Below, piece after piece: positions 9,101 to 15,463 of a DNA stretch of 32,000 nucleotides. This DNA comes from Paraburkholderia acidipaludis NBRC 101816 (lineage in GTDB: Bacteria; Pseudomonadota; Gammaproteobacteria; Burkholderiales; Burkholderiaceae): positions 4,924 through 36,923 of the forward strand of contig NZ_BAXZ01000018.1 in the NCBI RefSeq assembly GCF_000684975.1, given 5' to 3'. Under the pieces are notes generated by a model that was not told the origin of the DNA, ran no database searches, and worked only from the letters and a program-made list of their open reading frames with translations. A program made the position numbers and the translations under genes. Numbering within the stretch: position 1 is the first letter of the stretch; each line of letters begins with the position of its first letter.

Positions 9101-10609
9101 GAGGACGAAAAGGTTCATGACGAAAAATCCAGCGTGATGAAATCGTTGGAAGTCAAACTTGCTGCTGTCACGCGACGTCTTGAGACGGCATCCGCAGGAT
9201 TGACGAGCGCGAGGTCAGCCGTCGACGCGGCTCGCGCGAAAGAGAACGACTGCAACGTGGCACACCAACGGGCTCAAGATGTCCACAGGACGCTTAGCGC
9301 AAGCCTTGAATCGACCGGCTTGCAAGGTACAAACGAAGAGGTCATAGCCGCAGAGGCAACCTACCAGGAAGCACAAGCCGCCCTGAGCAAGACACAATCA
9401 GAGAAGGCGACGACCAACGAGAGGAAGGTCACGGTCGAAACTGACATTGGGCATTCTGAATCTGTCGTTAAGGGCGCCAACGATGAGGTAAAACAACGCT
9501 ACCAGAACATTCGCGCAGAACGAGCCGTTCGCCGTGAAATTCACGCCGCTGTCGCAGAGCACAAACTCGGCGGAAAGATCGACACGGAAATTAACGGGCA
9601 GGAAGTTCTGCAAGGCCGGCGGATGCCAACGCGGTCGCTATTCAGCGAGGCCGACAGGAATCAAACCCTCCTGTTCGAACGTCTTCGCGCGCAGCCTCAA
9701 GTACAGCAGCAATTGCAAGAACTGGTCGTTGACGATTCCGAAGAACGGCGTGTTATTCAGGCCATCCAGGGCTGGGGTTGCATCCTTTCCCATATTGAGA
9801 GCCGTATCCCGCGCAACATCGCATCAAGCGACGATCCGCGCATCGCCTTGAAGCAAATGCGGGAGAAGCTGGCCGAACTGCACCGGACTCTTGCCGATCT
9901 GGAAACGGAAATGCGAGCTAGTTCGAGCGGTCTCGGCGCCGCGATCACGTCTCGAACCCTCAGCGTCGGCCATTTAATAAACAAGCTAAATTCGCAACTC
10001 GAAAATGTTTCATTCGGCTCGATACGGGGTGTCAACATAAAGAAAGAACAGTCGGATGAGATGGCAAACATGCTCCTCGCCCTGAAGAATGGCGGCGATC
10101 GGTCATTGTTCGAAAGTGATGCCCCTCTGGACGAAACGCTGGCGAAAATCTACCAGCACGTCAACGGCGGTACGATCAAAGGCGCCGAACTGCTCGACTA
10201 CCGCAACTATGTCATCCTCAACGTCAAGGTTCGCCGGCTGAACGGCACGTGGGATTCGACCGCGGGGCTTTCAACTGGAGAATCGATCGGCGTAGGCGCT
10301 GCCATCCTCATCATGATCCTCCGGACGTGGAGCGAAGACCTGCGTCGAATCAATGGGGCAGGTGCTGGTTACTGTATGCAACAGATCCTGCTCGACGAAG
10401 CAAATCGCCTGGACCACAGGGCGCTCGACACTTTAACCGAGTTCTGCCAGGCCATGGATGTGCAGGCACTCGTTGCGGCGCCGGGGCTGGAAGAGCCTCG
10501 CAACGGCACCGTCTACAGCCTCGTGCGCGAAATCTACAACGAGCGCGAAATCGTCACTTATCAAGGACGGAGGTTCGGGGCATGGACTGGGCAAGCGACG
10601 ACCGTCTGA
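6179..10609 (+). CDS. jetC: MukB-like SMC ATPase (JetC/MksB class), 1476 aa
   Basis: Walker A [27 protein letters not shown] (MukB has [27 protein letters not shown]). FYRLLASS. Hinge [14 protein letters not shown]. C-motif LSTGESIG. Walker B [18 protein letters not shown]. The long heptad-rich middle is consistent with a coiled coil. AAGGA Shine-Dalgarno upstream. Confidence 0.9.
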   Translation: [1476 protein letters not shown]

Positions 10610-11565
10610 GGGTCGCGGCCATCCGCCTTCTGCTAACGGGGCGTATTGTTCGATCCAGGTCCAATGCGGACTTCGTGGCCCAACTTGAAGACGTCGGGGT
10701 CGTCAGTACGACCCCGCGACGAGGCGAACTCGTGCTTGTTCCGGACCGCCTTACCTACTACAAGACCTTCCTGATCTCCAGATGGCCCGACTATCGCGAG
10801 ATCGCAGCGAAGATCCAGTCCAGAGGTCTTCCGATCGACGTAGCGACGTTGCGGGATCTTCGGCGCGACCATCTCGCGCCGCCGGCCGGGTTCCCTCAAC
10901 TGAACAGGAGGACTTTGGCGGCGTATGCTGGAACCCACTCGAAGTCGCGCGGAGCCGTGCCAGACGTTTCCGCTGCGATAACGACAGATGACACGATTCG
11001 GGCGCGTGTGAATGAAGGTCTCCGGCTACGAGGTATGGATGGCATGGAATACGACCTGTCGGCCCTGCAACGCAGCCTGACGGAAATAGCGTTCCCAGAT
11101 CGCGGGTTATCGGAAAGCTGGACGTTCTGTGGCACCCTGCCCCGACTTCTGCTTACTGTCGAGAATGTCGGATCTTTCGTGGACATCAAAAAGCCCGACG
11201 ACTGCCTGATTGTTCACAGCCCGGGCTGGAATCTTCCCAATGTCAGGCGGATACGGGCACGGCTGCCGGCGAGTGTGCGCTGGCGGCACTTTGGCGACCT
11301 CGATCCCAACGGGATCAAAATTGGCCTCGTGCTCACCACAGACTCAGATGCGGGCAATGATGCAAAAGTCTGGATACCCACCTCCGCTGCAGCCCTTCTG
11401 AGATCCCACGCTCTTTGTTTGGATCGGGAATGGAATGAAGACAACATCCCCGAACCAATGCGTAATCATCCGGCGCTGTCATGGTTGATCGAGCACAGCA
11501 AGTGGCTTGAGCAAGAGCCAATAGTAGTACTTCCGGAGTTCATTGACGAGTTAGGTCGACTATGA
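10582..11565 (+). CDS. jetD: JetD/MksG-like Toprim-domain protein (putative nuclease subunit)
   Basis: ATG at 10582 is preceded by GGACGGAGG and overlaps the jetC end by 28 nt. Toprim-like acidic motifs LLLTVENVGSF and WRHFGDLDPNGIKI sit in the C-terminal third. The ORF-track start at 10249 is rejected because it lies inside jetC and its translation is Arg-rich. Confidence 0.75.
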   Translation: MDWASDDRLRVAAIRLLLTGRIVRSRSNADFVAQLEDVGVVSTTPRRGELVLVPDRLTYYKTFLISRWPDYREIAAKIQSRGLPIDVATLRDLRRDHLAPPAGFPQLNRRTLAAYAGTHSKSRGAVPDVSAAITTDDTIRARVNEGLRLRGMDGMEYDLSALQRSLTEIAFPDRGLSESWTFCGTLPRLLLTVENVGSFVDIKKPDDCLIVHSPGWNLPNVRRIRARLPASVRWRHFGDLDPNGIKIGLVLTTDSDAGNDAKVWIPTSAAALLRSHALCLDREWNEDNIPEPMRNHPALSWLIEHSKWLEQEPIVVLPEFIDELGRL

Positions 11566-11579
11566 GTTGACGTGGCGCT

Positions 11580-11804
11580 TCACTGCATTCCGTGCTGAGG
11601 CTGGTAGGCCAGATCGTCGTCGGCACCTGCCACGTCGCGGAAATTGTTGACGGAAGCGAGGATGGGCGTGGGCGGCATCGGCGCGGCGACCACGGGCGTT
11701 GCGGGAGTCGTGCTGCTGCCGCCCACGCAGGCGGCGAGCAGCGCGCTGCCGGCCGTGGGCAGCAACATGGTGCTGACGGCACCCCTGAAGGTTTGCTGCA
11801 GCAT
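11580..11804 (-). pseudogene. N-terminal stub of a lipoprotein tyrosine-phosphatase-like gene (Y_phosphatase3-type NFRDVAG start), truncated
   Basis: MLQQTFRGAVSTMLLPTAGSALLAAC (signal peptide plus lipobox) ...ILASVNNFRDVAGADDDLAYQPQHGMQ, then stop. Only about 74 codons, whereas the motif normally opens a catalytic domain of a few hundred residues. An alternative start is at 11864. The stop lies 14 nt from the jetD stop. Confidence 0.55.
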
Positions 11805-12073
11805 CCTGCGCCGGCCAGGTGAGCAAGGGGGAATTCGACGGGGGTGTTGATCGTTCGGGTGCATCGTAGGCCTCTTGCGTAAAAGGCCCGATGTTCGTGC
11901 GCGTGCATGTCTGCGAAATGAAGCCGCAGCATCCCAAAATTCAGCGATCGGGAAACCTTCGGACTCCGTGATCTGGATCAAGCTGGTTCCCGGAACGGGA
12001 AACCTTCACATGGTCCAGCCAGATCCAGCCGGCACCGCAGTGCATGGCTCATTGAGTTGACCGGTGGCGCGAT

Positions 12074-13135
12074 TCATGGTCCCGTCGTGTCGGCCACTGC
12101 CTGCCAGGGGCCGGCGTACAGGACGCCATTACGTTCAACCAGTTGACGGCGCATCGAGATGAGCCGGCCGCAGGCATTACACCTCGCCTGCGGGATGCCC
12201 GTATCGAACCCGATCTGGCGCTCGCCGCACCTCACGCATGGCGTGTCGGCCGCTGGGCGCACGCAGGCACGGATACGCGCGGCGAGCTGCCCTGACGGAT
12301 CGAGCTGCATGCAGCGCGCACGGAATTCATCGACAAGCCGCGCCGTAATGGCCGGATCCGTATCGATCATCTCCGCGAGCTGGAGGAGCGGCAGTGGCAG
12401 GCCCAGACAACGGATGAGCTCACGCTGTCGCGCGGCACCGCGGTTACGGGTGAAGGGTGTGCCGGTACGGCGATTGAACTGGGTACCGCAGGCCGTGCAA
12501 AGAAACCGCGGAAAGCCGCTGACGCGCCCCTTGCGCCGGACATTCCGGTTGCCGCAGATGGGGCAGACGGGCAGCGGATCGGCCCGGGGCGAATGGATGG
12601 CATCAAAATCGTGCGTCAGCGTCGCCGACAGCGTCGTGTCTTCTGCGTCAAAACCCGCTTCGGGTACAACAGACTGCACCACCTCCAGGCCACCGCCCAG
12701 CCGGATCAGACGCGCGCAATGACCGTCAGGATCCAGTTCCTGCAGCCAGCGTCGCACCAGCCGGACGGTTTCGCGCACGGTATGCTTCATCACGCCGAGT
12801 TCCCGCGCTGCCTGTGAGCAGCTAAGCGGTTGCGGCAGCATTGCGACCAGTTCGTTGACCTGCAGCCGGAACGGCCGGTGCGAGAGTGGCGTTCCCGTCA
12901 GACGGCTGAAGTAGTGACCACATCGCTCGCATTGGTACGTCGGCAGCGGGCCGGTGAGCAGCCGCGCGTAGCCCTTCTTCGCGATCCGTATGCCGTCGCA
13001 CCTGGGGCAACGCGGGACGGGGTCGGCATTCGGCGACAGGAGCGTGGCAATATGCGTCTGCAGGAAGCGGACAAGTGCCTGGCCGTCGTCCTGGCCTGTA
13101 CCGGGCGCAGGCGCGACGGCTCGCAGATCGCTCAT
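12074..13135 (-). CDS. Triple zinc-ribbon / HTH repeat protein (IS1 InsA-like; possibly DUF746 family), last gene of the T6SS operon
   Basis: 353 aa. Three CxxC...CxxC modules: CPRCDG..CERCG, CPICGN..CTACG and CVRCGE..CNACG. The first two are each followed by an HTH-like segment and a repeated LDPxG..RIR motif. The start overlaps the ompA-like stop by 4 nt. Confidence 0.7.
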   Translation of the reverse strand: MSDLRAVAPAPGTGQDDGQALVRFLQTHIATLLSPNADPVPRCPRCDGIRIAKKGYARLLTGPLPTYQCERCGHYFSRLTGTPLSHRPFRLQVNELVAMLPQPLSCSQAARELGVMKHTVRETVRLVRRWLQELDPDGHCARLIRLGGGLEVVQSVVPEAGFDAEDTTLSATLTHDFDAIHSPRADPLPVCPICGNRNVRRKGRVSGFPRFLCTACGTQFNRRTGTPFTRNRGAARQRELIRCLGLPLPLLQLAEMIDTDPAITARLVDEFRARCMQLDPSGQLAARIRACVRPAADTPCVRCGERQIGFDTGIPQARCNACGRLISMRRQLVERNGVLYAGPWQAVADTTGP

Positions 13136-13632
13136 CGGCCCATGATCCTGGCCTCGGACTCTCCGGTAATCACGATCTCGGTGCGCCGGTTCTTCGCCTG
13201 GCCTTCGGGCGTGTCGTTGCTCGCCACCGGCTGGTCATAAGCGAAGCCCTTCGTCGTGATCCGCGACGGGGGAATGCCGCGCTCATCGAGCGCATCAGCG
13301 ACGGTCGTGGCGCGTGCTTCGGATAACTGCATGTTGTACTCGTGCGTACCGACGTTATCCGTATGTCCCTCGACGATGACCGGCTTGTCGCTGCGTTTGA
13401 GCAGTACCACTGCGCGAGCCAGTGCAGGTGCAGCGTCTGCGCGCAGCGTGGACTGGTCGAAATCAAAGAGTACCTTTTCGGGCAGGCGCAACTGCACGCC
13501 GTCAGGGCCCTGTGTGACTTCGATACCCGTGGCCTGGTTCAGTGCAATTTCATGGTCGCGATCCAGTCCAGAGCACGCCGAAAGCAGTGCGAGCGCGCTG
13601 ATGCAGGTCCCCAGCGAAAGCAGTTTCTTCAA
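13132..13632 (-). CDS. OmpA-family peptidoglycan-binding lipoprotein (likely T6SS cell-wall anchor)
   Basis: Signal peptide plus lipobox MKKLLSLGTCISALALLSAC. OmpA C-terminal-like domain VIVEGHTDNVGTHEYNMQLSEARA...NRRTEIVI. Confidence 0.85.
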   Translation of the reverse strand: MKKLLSLGTCISALALLSACSGLDRDHEIALNQATGIEVTQGPDGVQLRLPEKVLFDFDQSTLRADAAPALARAVVLLKRSDKPVIVEGHTDNVGTHEYNMQLSEARATTVADALDERGIPPSRITTKGFAYDQPVASNDTPEGQAKNRRTEIVITGESEARIMGR

Positions 13633-13710
13633 ATTGTTCTCCTTCAGGAATGGGGCACGCGATAGGCGTACAGATCGCCATACCCCAAGGTTGCAGTAAG
13701 GGGGTACGGG

Positions 13711-14328
13711 TCAGCCCTGTTTGTGAGTTGTTGCCGACGACGCGGGACTGGCCGGTACGGCCTGCTGGGGCGCTTCGTGCTTGACCGGCTGCGAATCGGC
13801 ACCAACCAGAACCAGTTCGTTGCCGTTGACCTCGATCTTCACAGGGTCCGTTTTCTTCCACTGCTTCTTCGGAATCGCGAGCTTCCAGACCCGGTCCTGC
13901 ACCGGCTCACGGAAAAACGCCACCACCCCCACGACCTGGGCATCCGGGTTCATCGGCTCGGCAAGGCTCGCGCCCGCGTCAGGACGCAGCACAACGTCCT
14001 TCGTGGCCACCAGGTCCGCCTTGAGCAGGTTGAGGTCGTCAGACTGCAGCTGTGCATAAGTCAGTTGTGCGAAGGTCCTGGCATCCTTGAGCTGGTAGAA
14101 CCGGACCACCGTCGAAAGCGACTGTCCCTGCACATCCGCATTGATCGACGAGCGGCCCTTGAGGTCCACGTTCATGGTCTTGACCTGGGTCGTGAAGACC
14201 CACTTCGCGGCATCGACGGTGCTGTCACCCACCGCCTGACCGAGGCCGCAACCGGCCGTGGCCACGGCCGCCAGTATCGCGGCCGCGAGGCCGGCGTGGC
14301 GTGCCGCGCGTTTCCTGTTTGCGTTCAT
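13711..14328 (-). CDS. tssJ: Type VI secretion lipoprotein TssJ
   Basis: Lipobox AVATAGC. TssJ-like pattern INADVQGQSLSTVVRFYQLKD...VVGVVAFFREP. Positioned after tssG. Confidence 0.85.
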   Translation of the reverse strand: MNANRKRAARHAGLAAAILAAVATAGCGLGQAVGDSTVDAAKWVFTTQVKTMNVDLKGRSSINADVQGQSLSTVVRFYQLKDARTFAQLTYAQLQSDDLNLLKADLVATKDVVLRPDAGASLAEPMNPDAQVVGVVAFFREPVQDRVWKLAIPKKQWKKTDPVKIEVNGNELVLVGADSQPVKHEAPQQAVPASPASSATTHKQG

Positions 14329-14359
14329 TGGGATACTCCCCTGTTCCTTTTACTGTTCT

Positions 14360-15463
14360 TCATGTGCCCGTTCCCCCTGCTCCGTTCCAGCGGCCGAGCT
14401 GCACGCGCGTGACACGTTCCGACCCGCGTGCCGCCGAGCCGGGCAGGGTTTCGAGTTGTGCCGTAAAACCCAGGTTGGCCTCGCGCGGCTCCAGCTTTGG
14501 TTTTGGCATGAGATCGGCGCGCACATGCATCTCCAGATCCGCGTCGCTCTCGTAGCCCAGATAGAACCGCAGCAGCGCCATGATCTCGCGGTGGGCGGGC
14601 TGCCCCGGGACGAGCGACAGCACCGTTTCGCGCAGCGCCGGCGTGATCACGATCCGGACCACGTTCGCCCGGTCGTAGAAGCCGCGGCCGAGCAGGCACT
14701 GCTCGCCGAGCGCGGCCGGCTCGAAATCGTTGACTTCGCGCCACACCGGGTGGAATTCCTCGACCGTGATCGAGGCGTCCGGGACGGCGTGCCGGAGCAC
14801 GCCGGCCAGCCCTTCGGCCGTGCGCGTTCTCTGCATCGCGAGCCCGAGCATCGACAGCAGCCGGCGTTTGTCGGCCACCGCCGCGAGCCGCTGACGCGCG
14901 CTGATGGACTCCCCTGCTTCGCTGCCTGCGGAAGCAGGGACGCGCGCGGAGGTGCTGAACCCGAATCCGGCAAAGCTGAGCAGGTAGCGCGACACCGGGT
15001 CCGTGCCGTCCCGCCGGAAGCCGACGGGATACCGGTACTTGCGCGCGACGCGGTAGTACTGCGTGATGATGCGGTGATGGAAGAGGTCGAGGAACGCCGC
15101 CAGGGACTCGGCCCCGTCGCGGTTCTGCGCGACCTCGTCGACGAAGTACGCGGGCATGCGCGCATCGACGCCATAGAACCCGAGAAACGTCGTGACCACC
15201 GATGGTGGCACCGCCGGATTGTCGAGGTCATACCGGACCGCGTCGATCTCCCGGCCCGGAAAACCCAGCTGCGCGCGCGAGCGGAACCGCACCGGTTCTG
15301 CGGCGGGCGAATCTGTGGTGCCGAGCGGTGGCATGTCGGGTGCCGCCAGTTCGAGCAGTTCGCAAAATCGGATGAAATTCATCCGCGGCGCCTGATCGAG
15401 CAGCGCGGGCATCAGCGGCGCAGCGTTGGCAGGTGCGGCCGCCGGCATTCCGGGTGCGTTCAA
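14360..15463 (-). CDS. tssG: Type VI secretion baseplate subunit TssG
   Basis: 367 aa. N-terminal MNFIRFCELLE-type motif. 4-nt overlap with the upstream tssF. Confidence 0.85.
   Translation of the reverse strand: MNAPGMPAAAPANAAPLMPALLDQAPRMNFIRFCELLELAAPDMPPLGTTDSPAAEPVRFRSRAQLGFPGREIDAVRYDLDNPAVPPSVVTTFLGFYGVDARMPAYFVDEVAQNRDGAESLAAFLDLFHHRIITQYYRVARKYRYPVGFRRDGTDPVSRYLLSFAGFGFSTSARVPASAGSEAGESISARQRLAAVADKRRLLSMLGLAMQRTRTAEGLAGVLRHAVPDASITVEEFHPVWREVNDFEPAALGEQCLLGRGFYDRANVVRIVITPALRETVLSLVPGQPAHREIMALLRFYLGYESDADLEMHVRADLMPKPKLEPREANLGFTAQLETLPGSAARGSERVTRVQLGRWNGAGGTGT

Larger units (their letters stand above)
2910..11625. other. Putative horizontally acquired segment (non-coding leader plus MukFEB-like/JetD operon)
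   Basis: Composition is patchier and lower in GC than the flanks (sampled lines range from about 42% to 65%, against about 68% in the T6SS core genes). An AT-rich leader starts at about 3000. The right end coincides with a truncated host gene at 11580-11804. No integrase or tRNA is seen, so the boundaries are approximate. Confidence 0.5.

Noticed and set aside
10249-10581. Upstream extension of the jetD ORF to the track start at 10249
   Set aside because: It lies entirely inside the conserved C-terminal head of the MukB-like gene in another frame, and its translation is Arg-rich nonsense. The ATG at 10582 has a GGAGG-type ribosome-binding site.
2910-11640. Flanking direct repeats (att sites) for the island: tgagttcagcgc near 2935 versus tgagttgacgtggcgc near 11563
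   Set aside because: The match is only about 7 contiguous nt followed by a gapped resemblance, which is indistinguishable from chance.
11540-11981. Three overlapping minus-strand ORFs (130, 125 and 133 aa) after jetD
   Set aside because: Only one frame contains a signal peptide, lipobox and NFRDVAG motif. The other two are Arg/Pro-rich overlaps. The upstream part of the 133-aa ORF (before the internal Met) is not protein-like.
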